Shown: piece by piece, positions 1 through 11,089 of the stretch
Layout: each line of letters starts with the position of its first letter
Position numbering within the stretch: position 1 is the first letter of the stretch
From: Antedon mediterranea
Taxonomy: Eukaryota; Animalia; Echinodermata
Assembly: GCF_964355755.1 (NCBI RefSeq)
Contig: NW_027306098.1
Location: forward strand, 1-64,000
DNA: 64,000 bases
Direction of reading: 5' to 3'
Notes under the pieces: model-generated
Told to the model about the DNA's origin: nothing
The model's database searches: none
What the model saw: only the letters and a program-made list of their open reading frames with translations
Made by a program: the position numbers and the translations under genes

Positions 1-3000
1 ATTTTGAGAGGTTTTAGACAATTTTGTACATTTCGATGAAACTGGATTACACAAAACATCAAAGTGCACAAAATAGCTTCAAATCGCATTTGCAGACGTT
101 TTAGACCATTTTGTGGATTTCGATAAAACTTTTCACACAAAAACATCAAAATACATACAATAGCTTAATATCGTATTTGGAGACGTTTTAGAACATTTTG
201 TCCATTTCGATGAAACTTTTCACACAAAAACATCAATGTGCACAAAATAGCTTCAAATCGCATTGAGAGACGTTTTAGACCATTTTGTGCATTTCGATGA
301 AACTTTTCACACAAAAACATCAAAGTGAACAAAATAGCTTCAAATCGTATTTGGAGACGTTTTAGACAATTTTGTGCATTTAGATGAAAATTTTCAAACA
401 AAACAACAAAGTGCACAAAATAGCTTCAAATCGCATTTGGAGACGTTTTAGACAATTTTGTGCATTTCGAAAAAACTTGTTAACATAAAAACATCAAAGT
501 GCACAAAATAGCTTCAAATCGCATTTGGAGACGTTTTAGACCATGTTGTGCATTTCCAAAAAACTTGATTACACAAAAATATCAAAGTGCTTAAAATCAC
601 ATTTGAAACCGTTTTAGACCATTTTGAGCATTTCGATAAAACTTTTCACACAAAACATTAAAGTGCTTAAAATCACATTTGAAAACGTTTTAGACCATTT
701 CGAGCATTTCTATAAAACTTTTGACACAAAACATCAAAGTGCACAAAAGAGCTCCAAATCGCATTTGGAGACGTTTTAGACCATTTTGTGTATTTCGAAA
801 AAACTTTTCACACAAAAACAACAAAGTGCATACAATAGCTTAATATCGTATTTGGAGACGTTTTAGACCATTTTGTGCATTTTGATGAAACTTTTCACAT
901 AAAACAACAAAGTGCACAAAATAGCTTCAAATCGCATTTGGAGAAGTTTTAGACCATTTTGTGCGTTTCATTACACAAAACATCAAAGTGCACAAAATAG
1001 CTTCAAATCGCATTTGGAGACGTTTTAGACCATGTTGTGCATTTCGAAAAAACTTGATTACACAAAAATATCAAAGTGCTTAAAATCACATTTGAAACCG
1101 TTTTAGACCATTTTGAGCATTTCGATAAAACTTTTCACACAAAACATTAAAGTGCACAAAATAGCTTCAAATCGCATTTTGAAAGGTTTTAGACAATTTT
1201 GTACCTTTCAATGAAACTGGAATACACAAAACATCAAAGTGCACAAAATAGCTTCAAATCGCATTTGCAGACGTTTTAGACCATTTTGTGCATTTCGATG
1301 AAACTTGATTACACAAAAACATCAAAGTGCTTAAAATCCCATTTGAAACCGTTTTAGACCATTTTGAGCATTTCGATAAAACTTTTCACACAAAACATCA
1401 AAGTGCACAAAATAACTTCAAATCGCATTTAGAGACGTTTTAGACCATTTTGTGCATTTCGTGAAAACTTTTGAGACAAAAACAACAAAGTGCATATAAT
1501 AGCTTAATATCATATTTGGAGACGTTTTAGACCATTTTGAGCATTTCGATGAAACTTTTCACACAAAAACATCAAAGTGCACAAAATAGCTTCAAATCGT
1601 ATTTGGAGATGTTTTAGACAATTTTGTGCATTTCGATGAAACTTTTCACACAAAACAACAAAGTGCACAAAATAACTTCAAATCGCATTTAGAGACGTTT
1701 TAGACCATTTTGTGCATTTCGCGTAAACTTTTGAGACAAAAACAACAAAGTGCATATAATAGCTTAATATCATATTTGGAGACGTTTTAGACCATTTTGT
1801 GGATTTCGATGAAACTTTTCACACAAAAACATCAAAGTGCACAAAATAGCTTCAAATCGTATTTAGAGACGTTTTAGACAATTTTGTGCATTTCGATGAA
1901 ACTTTTCACACAAAACATCAAAGTACACAAAATAGCTTCAAATCGCATTTGGAGACGTTTTAGACCATTTTGTGCATTTCGATGAAACTTTTCACACAAA
2001 ATATAAAAGTGCACAAAATAGCTTCAAATCGCATTTGGAGACGTTTTAGACAATTTTGTGCATTTCGATGAAACTGGATTACACAAAAGTATCAAAGTGC
2101 TTAAAATCACATTTGAGACCGTTTTAGACCATTTTGAGCATTTCCATAAAACTTTTCAGACAAAAACATCAAAATACATAAAATAGCTTAATATCGTATT
2201 TGTAGACGTTTTAGAACATTTTGTGCATTCCGATGAAACTTTTCAAACAAAACATCAAAGTGCAGAAAATAGCTTCAAATCGTATTTGGAGACGTTTTAG
2301 ACCATTTTGTGCATTTCGATCAAACTTTTCACACAAAAACATCAATGTGCACAAAATAGCTTCAAATCGCATTTAGAGACGTTTTAGACCATTTTGTGCA
2401 TTTCGATGAAACTTTTCACACAAAAACATCAAAGTGCACAAAATAGCTTCAAATCGAATTTGGAGACGTTTTAAACCATTTTGAGCATTTCGATGAAACT
2501 TTTCACACAAAAACAACAAAGTGCCTACAATAGCTTAATATCGTATTTGGAGACGTTTTAGACAATTTTGTGCGTTTCGATGAAACTTTTCACAAAAAAA
2601 CAACAAAGTGCACAAAATAGCTTCAAATCGCATTTGGAGACGTTTTAGACCATGTTGTGCATTTCGAAAAAACTTGATTACACAAAAATATCAAAGTGCT
2701 TAAAATCACATTTGAAACCGTTTTAGACCATGTTGAGCATTTCGATAAAACTTTTCACACAAAACATTAAAGTGCTTAAAATCACATTTGAAACCGTTTT
2801 AGACCATTTCGAGCATTTCTATAAAACTTTTTACACAAAACATCAAAGTGCACAAAAGAGCTCCAAATCGCATTTGGAGACGTTTTAGACCATTTTGTGT
2901 ATTTCGAAAAAACTTTTCACACAAAAACATCAAAGTGCATAAAATAGCTTAATATCGTATTTGGAGACGTTTTAGACCATTTTGTGCGTTTCATTACACA

Positions 3001-4621
3001 AAACATCAAAGTGCACAAAATAGCTTCAAATCGCATTTGGAGACGTTTTAGACCATTTTGTGCATTTCAATGAGACTTTTCACACAAAAACATCAATTGG
3101 CATACAAAAGCTTATTATCGTATTTGGAGACGTTTTTGATCATTTTGTGCATTTCGATGAAACTTTTCACACAAACCATCAAAGTACACAAAATAGCTTC
3201 AAATCGCATTTGGAGACGTTTTAGACCATTTTGTGCATTTCGATGAAACTTGATTACACAAATATATCAAAGTGCTTAAAATCACATTTGAAACCGTTTT
3301 AGAACATTTCGAGCATTTCTATAAAACTTTTTACACAAAACATCAAAGTGCACAAAAGAGCTCCAAATCGCATTTGGAGACGTTTTAGACCATTTTGTGC
3401 ATTTCGAAAAAACTTTTCACCGAAAAACATCAAAGTGCATACAATAGCTTAATATCGTATTTTGAGACGTTTTAGACCATGTTGTGCATTTAGATGAAAC
3501 TTTTCACACAAAACATCAAAGTGCACAAAATAGCTTCAAATCGCATTTGGAGACGTTTTAGACCATTTTGTGCATTTCGATGAGACTTTTCACACAAAAA
3601 CATCAATGTGCATACAAAAGCTTATTATCGTATTTGGAGACGTTTTTGACCATTTTGTGCATTTCGATGAAACTTTTCACACAAAACCATCAAAGTGCAC
3701 AAAATAGCTTCAAATCGCATTTGGAGACGTTTTAGACCATTTTGTGCATTTCGATGAAACTTGATTACACAAAAATATCAAAGTTCTTAAAATTACACAA
3801 TAGCTTCAAATCGCATTTGCAGACGTTTTAGACCATTTTGTGCATTTCGATGAAACTTGATTACACAAAAATATCAAAGTGCTTAAAATCACATTTGAAA
3901 CCGTTTTAGACCATTTCGAGCATTTCTATAAAACTTTTTACACAAAACATCAAAGTGCACAAAAGAGCTCCAAATCGCATTTGGAGACGTTTTAGACCAT
4001 TTTGTGCATTTCGAAAAAACTTTTCACACAAAAACATCAAAGTGCATAAAATAGCTTAATATCGTATTCGGAGACGTTTTAGACCATTTTGTGCGTTTCA
4101 TTACACAAAACATCAAAGTGCACAAAATAGCTTCAAATCGCATTTGGAGACGTTTTAGACCATTTTGTGCATTTCGATGAGACTTTTCACACAAAAACAT
4201 CAATGTGCATACAAAAGCTTATTATCGTATTTGGAGACGTTTTTGACCATTTTGTGCATTTCGATGAAACTTTTCACACAAAACCATCAAAGTGCACAAA
4301 ATAGCTTCAAATCGCATTTGGAGACGTTTTAGACCATTTTGTGCATTTCGATGAAACTTGATTACACAAAAATATCAAAGTTCTTAAAATTACACAATAG
4401 CTTCAAATCGCATTTGCAGACGTTTTAGACCATTTTGTGCATTTCGATGAAACTTGATTACACAAAAATATCAAAGTGCTTAAAATCACATTTGAAACCG
4501 TTTTAGACCATTTTGAGCATTTCGATAAAACTTTTCACACAAAACATCAAAGTTCACAAAATAACTTCAAATCGCATTTGGAGACGTTTTAGACCATTTT
4601 GTGCATTTCGAAAAAACTTGA
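1..4621 (+). repeat. ~87-bp tandem satellite array, left block
   Basis: Continuous head-to-tail copies of CACAAAAACATCAAAGTGCACAAAATAGCTTCAAATCGCATTTGGAGACGTTTTAGACCATTTTGTGCATTTCGATGAAACTTTTCA with variant monomers. Confidence 0.98.
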
Positions 4622-5207
4622 TGTAATATAATGTTGCGTTGTTGAGGTACTAATGAAGACTCTTACTCGCTTGACTGTCGTAACACATATATTGTTTATT
4701 CAGTATAATACTTCAGTACAATATACAACTATAAGTATAGATAAGGAACAGAGAATACAGTGATGCTGTCTGTGAGGTGTGAAGTGTGTAGGTCTGCTTC
4801 TGAAGAAGTGGCTGTGAGGTGTGTCTGGGCCCTTCTGAAACTTGGGAGTATATTGGCCCTCGGTTCATTTACATATGTCACTACGTAATCTTAGAGGTTA
4901 CTGATTGGTCCTAAGTTGGTCCAGGGGTGTTTAAGTGGGAGTGATTAACGGTATAATAAGGTATTTCTGTGATGGATAACACTGTCAAATCTGTACTTAA
5001 ATAGTGTCGATCACTCCTGGTTTAACGATGGGAAAAGTCACAAAATTAAGCTAAGTGTTTTCTTTAGGGATTCTATTATAAACTAAATGGTCATTAAAAC
5101 ATCTGGACAAACTCTCCTCTGGACTTTCTGGGTCAAGTTTGTGAACCTATTTGAATTCCGATACAAAGGTCGATTTCTTAAATATAAAAGTATATCGTTA
5201 TATTACA
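4622..5207 (-). repeat. 3' LTR (586 bp)
   Basis: Starts TGTAATATAA and ends TTATATTACA (10-bp terminal inverted repeat); direct copy of 14998-15583; minus-strand AATAAA at 4695-4700; abuts the PPT. Confidence 0.97.
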
Positions 5208-5231
5208 TCCCTCTGTTTCCCTTTTTTTTTT
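5208..5231 (-). promoter_or_regulatory. Polypurine tract (plus-strand primer)
   Basis: Minus strand reads A-run + GGGAAACAGAGGGA immediately before the TGTAAT start of the 3' LTR. Confidence 0.88.
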
Positions 5232-6100
5232 CTAATCTATTTAAAATATAAAAATGGTTATAATAGTGGCATGCAAAATTAAAGTTATATAAAAGAAAAA
5301 AAACATTATTAAACATATATGCAAAATTGAGTTAGCCAAAACCATTGACTCTGAAGTGTAACCTTATCACTTTCACTCTCTCTCTTTTCTCTCTTAAAAA
5401 AAATTAAAATTAAAAATGAATTTGGTATTAAATTCGCGTAAATCAAACATAAATCGGTTAAAAATAAAATACAAAACTTAAAAATAGTATGTTACATTGA
5501 ACATACATCAAATCGTGCGACAACTCATCGCGTTCTAATGGTCTTCAAACATAAATCATCAAATTAAAACATAAAACTCAAGAAAGCTGTGGCTGATTAG
5601 CCTAAAATCAAATATCAAACTTAATCACTTAAAACTTTAAAAGAAACAAATGTGTGTGTCCCGTTGACACAAACTTATCCACAATATATCGTTATCGTCA
5701 CAACTTTATCGATTTAAGCATTTATATTCACAGGTAATTACGATTTCAATCGGTCGACAAATTCGACTTTTGTACTCAATGTTAAAAAAATTACAATTAA
5801 AAGTACTAAGAAAATCTCCTGTTATTGTATATCAATTAATTAATGTTTGAGATTAACGACTCAAAGGTTAAACAAAATATTTGTTACAAAATGATTGTCG
5901 TTCCTTTTAATATCTCAATATATCGATCATTCAAAATTAATCTTTATCAAAAAACTCGTTACAAAATCAATACTTAAACATAAATTCAATTCTCTTTTAA
6001 CTGAAATCACATCATTATTAAACAAATCTCATCAAATACGTAGACTATGCTATCAATAATTTAGCAAATGTCGTAATTAAAAAAAATTTCTTGCAAAAAA

Positions 6101-7420
6101 TTAAATCAGTAATTTGCGATCATTAGATTCTTGTTTTGTTTTATCGGTGTTGCGTTTGGCTGAAGTCGGTTTAGAATACGAAACTAAAACTTGGAAATGT
6201 CCTGCTTTAAATCTACCTCGGTTTAATGTCATACTTGAATCATTAGGTGCTGTCATAATTAGATTAGTTTGTTCCTTTATTTGTTCTTCTTTCATTTGGA
6301 ATGGGGCTGCTAATCCCATGTTATTCTCTACACAGTCAATGTAAGGTTGCAAGTTAAGGGGTTCTATCTTAGTTGGATGTGTAAGGGTATCTGATTGCAA
6401 TTGGGCGGGTGTCCTATCATGTTCGTCTACAAATTCAACATTGATTTCGTCATTTACTACATTAATGGTGTTTTGGATTTTATCGTTATTATCATCAGTG
6501 GGTTCATTCAACAATTGTTTAAGTTTTTGTAGATGTGTAAAATTTTTGCGTTCTTTGGGTGTTCTCATAAAACAGGGTTTCAGTCTGTTATAATTGAATA
6601 CGTCGCGAAGTATTTCTCCTTTAATCGTTGCTAGGATGTAGTGTGTTCTGTCTAGTACTTCATGAATTACTAATGGTCCGACCCATTCTGCGGCGATTTT
6701 CTTTGAATTTGCCGTTAGTGATGATGATGTTGGCTTGTATAAATATACGAGTTGTCCTACTGAGTAAATTGGACTTTTTTCTAAGCGTTGGGAAATTTTC
6801 GAGTTTTGGACGTTTTGTTGTGTTCGCTGTAATTGTAGCATTGTCTGTGAAATGTTTTGAAATTTCTTCTTGAGGTGTTCAAAGTATTCTTCATAGGAAT
6901 GAGACAATCCTGAAATAGGGTTAAATGCTAATGAGGTCAAACTTGGAGGTTGGCGGCCAAAAACTAATTCGTAAGGGGAGTGGTTTCCTAAATGTGGGGA
7001 TGAAAACGAGTTATAAGCATAACATGTTGTTGATACAAATCTAACCCAATCTGTTCCGAATTGGTTAAGGTTGACCTTTAACAGGTCCGATACGGTGCGG
7101 ATATGACGTTCAACTTGTAAACTACCGTGATTGTGGACGCTGATGATTTTCCTATCAATATTAAGGGTGTTACATAATAGTGTTAATAATTTTCCTGTAA
7201 GGGAGGTTGCTGCATCTGAAATAAGACGAGATGGGGGTCCAAAAATACTGATGACCTTTTGAATTAGTGCTTCACAAATTGTTTCGGCATCAATGGATTT
7301 CAAAGGTACACAAATCAAAAATCTAGTTATCTCATCACATACTACCATAATATGTTTAAAACCTGAAGGTGATGTTGGCATACTCTTAAAATCTAGACTG
7401 AGTGTATGAAAGGGACGGTA
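6101..7420 (-). CDS. Integrase catalytic core plus long C-terminal extension (pol fragment)
   Basis: Reading upstream of the called ATG gives YRPFHTLSLDFKSMP (first D), then LISDAA and QVER (D-34-E), SPYELVFGR and WVGPL (GPY/F-like), followed by ~150 aa with no motif I recognise. Confidence 0.9.
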   Translation of the reverse strand, partial: YRPFHTLSLDFKSMPTSPSGFKHIMVVCDEITRFLICVPLKSIDAETICEALIQKVISIFGPPSRLISDAATSLTGKLLTLLCNTLNIDRKIISVHNHGSLQVERHIRTVSDLLKVNLNQFGTDWVRFVSTTCYAYNSFSSPHLGNHSPYELVFGRQPPSLTSLAFNPISGLSHSYEEYFEHLKKKFQNISQTMLQLQRTQQNVQNSKISQRLEKSPIYSVGQLVYLYKPTSSSLTANSKKIAAEWVGPLVIHEVLDRTHYILATIKGEILRDVFNYNRLKPCFMRTPKERKNFTHLQKLKQLLNEPTDDNNDKIQNTINVVNDEINVEFVDEHDRTPAQLQSDTLTHPTKIEPLNLQPYIDCVENNMGLAAPFQMKEEQIKEQTNLIMTAPNDSSMTLNRGRFKAGHFQVLVSYSKPTSAKRNTDKTKQESNDRKLLI

Positions 7421-8910
7421 CTCGATCGTGTAAAGGACGTAACTTATCGGTTTTGGGACGAAATTGTTGACATCTAAGACACGCTTGGGTATAATTGTTG
7501 ACTTTCTCGAACATAAGAGGCATGTAAAATAATTTCCTAATAGTAAGGTAAGTACGCATCGTACCTTGGTGGCTACTTAACAAATTGTCGTGATACTGAG
7601 AAATAATAGTTTCGGCTAAGTTTTCAGGAACGGCTAATTGCAATACAAATTCTCCACCTTTATCTTGGAAAAACAAACGGAATAGTAAACCGTTGCACAA
7701 TATGTACTGCTCTGACTTATTCTGAACTGCACGAGCTGCTTTCTTATCAGCTGGAAGGATATCATGAGCTAAATAATCGTAAACTGGCTTAAAAAATGGT
7801 GAAGTTTCTTTTTCAACACGTAATTGTTTAACATCTACTGGGAGGTTATAATCTCTAATTATCTTTCTTTGAATAACATCCATTAATCTATCTAAGTCTT
7901 GTTGTTTTGGGATGTGTGCTGACTTAAATTCAGTTATGTTGGGTACTAGTGGTTTGGGCGATGTATACAATTCAACTGGTACATTTCGATGTGTAGTATC
8001 TTTGCTTTGCTTATTTTTGTCTACTAGTCGTTCCTCTGGAGGTTGTCGAATGTTCACATTACGTATTGGGGGTGGTGTTACGATAGATGGCGTTATGATA
8101 GGCGGTGATCGATGTGCGTTTGTTTGTTGTCTCGTGATTATCTGTGGTGTAGTGGTAGGTTGAGGTGTAGGTCGCGTGTTTGTTGTCACTGGGTTTTGAT
8201 TAATGACGGGCGTTTGTACTGGTTTGGGTTTATGTAGGTTAGGTATATTTATTCCCATTTTCTTGGCGTATGACCTTGTTACTGGTCTGCAAGTAGATGT
8301 GTTTGTAATCGGGTTAAGAGATTCAGTCTCTGTAATATTAAATGCAATGGGTACAACTTGATCAATTTCGGAATCGTCGTCACGAGGGGCTCGGGAGAGA
8401 AAATCTGCTAAAACTAATTCAGTTCCTTTCTTATAACCAATTTGGAAAATGTATCCGGACAATCGTAATATTAGTTTCTGTAAACGGGGTGTACATGGCT
8501 GATCTTTTGAATTCCAAATTTGTACAATTGCTGAGTGGTCTACGAATGCATCAAATTTGCAACCCTTTAGTAAGTGTCGAAATGCTGAAACGTTAATGTA
8601 AAGTCCAAATAACTCTAATTCTGTGACGCTATATCGTTGACAGGCTTGTGGTAAGATTTTGGAATAATAACCTATTATGTGTTCTGTACCGTTTACTGTT
8701 TGTGTTATATATGAACCTGTTGCGGTTCTTGAAGTGTCGCTATATAGCGTAAATCTACCTTCTTTTCTAGGCATTTGAAGAGTTGGTGGTTTAACCATTA
8801 ATTGTTTAATTTCGTCAAATGCTTTCTGGTGGTCAGTAGACCAAACAAATTTTCGGCGTTTACTCGCGAGTGTATGTAACGGACGTAAAATTGATTGTAT
8901 TTGAGGGAAA
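7386..8910 (-). CDS. RT connection, RNase H, Pro/Thr linker and integrase Zn-finger (pol fragment)
   Basis: 470-aa ORF extendable upstream (PQIQSILRPLH...FVWSTDHQKAFDEIK); RNase H acidic motifs; HDNLLSSH...CLRC. Confidence 0.9.
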
Positions 8911-10530
8911 AATGGGATACATAATTTACTGCACCAATAAATCGTTTAGTTTCTTTATGGGTTCGTGGGACTGGCAAATTTCGGATAGCTGCACACCTGT
9001 CGCCTAATGGTGTGATACATGCGTGTCCTGAAGAATTAATCAGGATGGTGTGTCCCATATATTGCACTTTATTCTTGAATAACTTACATTTCTTTGGGCA
9101 AATTCTAAAACCATTTAATTGTAGGGCTTGTAAAACGGAAACGAGGTGCTGCTTATGAGCAAATTTGTCTTGGCTAAATAAAATAATATCATCATGATGG
9201 GCGATACAGAATTCTCTAGAATTCGGGATTTCATTTAAAATTTCGTCAATCTTTGCTTGAAATATACCTGGCGAAACGTTTAATCCTTGTGCTAATCTCT
9301 TATAATAATAATGCTTTCCACCATGATATGAAGCTATACCTGTGTATTGTTGGGCATGTTCGGCTAATGGTACACAGTGGAACGCTGATTTCAAATCAAT
9401 TACGCTAAGAATCTGTGCATTAGCGTTACCTATTGTTTTCAAAGTTTCGGCCAATAATGGGAATGGGTGATTAATACGTTTTATCCTGGAATTTAGATAG
9501 CGAAAGTCTGTGACAACTCTTTTATCTTTTGAATTTTTCTTTGAAACAAGAAGGACAGGGGAAGTATACGATTGGTGTCCTACTGCTAAGATTCCTAGTT
9601 TGACTAATTTGTTCAATTCGGCCTCAATAACATTTTTGTCTTTGTCTGTCGCGAAGTATGGTCGAATAAAAAATGGTTCATCGTTAGAGAGGTGTATGTC
9701 AGCTTTGAAGTTTGGGCAGCTAGATAGTTCACCATAAAGTGAAAATGCGTTTCTGTTTTGTTGTAAGGTTTTATACAAATCTTCTTTTTCTCTATGTGTT
9801 AAAACGCTGTCTGTTAAATCAACTTGTTTTCTAATTATTTCTTCCTCGGTTAAAGTTAGCAATGGGTCTGTACGTTCTAAATGTGGGTACTTGTTTGCGT
9901 TGTCATTGGTCAACTTTATTCTATCAATTGGTAGGTCGTTAGTAACTGTTACAAGGTTGGTTAAGTGAAGGCTCGCGATAGGTTGATGTGTATTTAGAGA
10001 TACGTTTCTGTTTGTGTTGTTAGTGATATCAATGTTGGTTTCTCCTCTATGTAATTTTACTAACATATCTGATGGACAAAGTTTTGAAATATGGGTGGTT
10101 GCATGTAGAACAACATCAGAATTGCGTACAAAGGCGGGAACCCTTCCTTTTAATTTAACTGTTCTAGTATCACCGGGTTTAAGAAAAATCTTGTGTACTG
10201 GACGAAAGCTAAAAATCTTTGGTCTAATGCGAAATGTGTTTTCCTTAAAATTTAAAGTACCGTCGAGTTCAGACAATGTTTCGGTTCCAAGTATCAGGTC
10301 AATACCTGTCAAATTTTTAACAATTAACGCTGAAATTTTAAATTTGTGTCCTTGGATAAATAATTCGAATTGCACTAAGTGGTTGGAATATAAGAAGTCA
10401 CCGTTACCTAATCGAAATTTAGTTGTATTCACTTTAATTGGCTTTAGACGCGATAAGTAAAGTGAGGAATTAACGTACGATTGTGAGATTATAGTTCTAG
10501 TTGAACCACTGTCAAATAAAGTTAAACATT
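8798..10530 (-). CDS. Aspartic protease and reverse transcriptase (pol fragment)
   Basis: CLTLFDSGSTRTIIS lies in frame upstream of the 544-aa ORF; Gypsy RT motifs follow. Confidence 0.92.
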
Positions 10531-10663
10531 TCTACCATCTGGTAAATTTCCTTTAACGTAATTTCTGTCGTTAAGTAACAAATCAATATTATCTAAATTC
10601 CCTAAGTATTTTGCCTTAAAATAGTATGGGGGGCCAGATTATAGGCGGCATCTAGTCCCCTTT

Positions 10664-11086
10664 TTAAAAATCCTGCTGGTGGCTAGGGTAGTAATTGTTT
10701 GACTGTTGGTATGGGTATGGCAGGGGATAGTTTCCGTAAGAACGGTTTTGTTGTCGGCAGTGCCTTGCTATGTGGCCTGGTTTCCCGCAGTAATAACAGG
10801 TTGGGGGAGGTTGTCTATATCTTGGGGTCGGTGGGGTCTGGAATCGGGGTTTGTATGGGCTTGGGCTTCGGTTTCGTCTTGGGATATAATTTCGGGTGGG
10901 GGAACGTGAGCGTCGAGTATCATCATTAAGGGATCGTTTTGTTGTGGCCATGTCTAACTTGAGAGAATTTATCTCATGTTGGAGCGATTCGAGACTATTA
11001 TCTGTTTCCTTATTGATATTGAATGAAACTTCCCGTGTGGCATCATCTACGGAAAGATCAAGGTAATTTTGTGTGCTATTTACGAT
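10664..11086 (-). CDS. gag: Gag C-terminal part with CCHC zinc knuckle, cut off by the LINE
   Basis: IVNSTQNYLDL...LKLD runs in frame into the 95-aa ORF, which has an RS/Pro-rich tract and CYYCGKPGHIARHC (CX2CX4HX4C). Confidence 0.92.
   Translation of the reverse strand: MVNSTQNYLDLSVDDATREVSFNINKETDNSLESLQHEINSLKLDMATTKRSLNDDTRRSRSPTRNYIPRRNRSPSPYKPRFQTPPTPRYRQPPPTCYYCGKPGHIARHCRQQNRSYGNYPLPYPYQQSNNYYPSHQQDF
10667..10673 (-). promoter_or_regulatory. Candidate -1 ribosomal frameshift site G-GAT-TTT at the gag end
   Basis: CAG GAT TTT TAA ends gag; the -1 frame continues FLKRGLDAAYNLAP toward the protease. Confidence 0.6.
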
Positions 11087-11089
11087 ATT

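Larger units (their letters stand above)
6101..10670 (-). pseudogene. pol: Gypsy pol polyprotein (PR-RT-RNaseH-IN), frameshifted
   Basis: Protease LFDSGS (~10500-10520); RT (PVLLV, DFRYLN, IDLKSAF, QGL, HHDD); RNase H (YSDTS, ELE, VDHS, LADFLSR); integrase HHCC and DDE. Frame breaks at ~10630, ~10530, ~8910 and ~7420. Confidence 0.93.

Noticed and set aside
4617-4621. 5-bp target-site duplication
   Set aside because: Left CTTGA versus right TTGAT; only TTGA (4 bp) is duplicated.
5232-6100. env-like or extra ORF between integrase and PPT
   Set aside because: AT-rich with no ORF of 60 aa or more; treated as 3' UTR.
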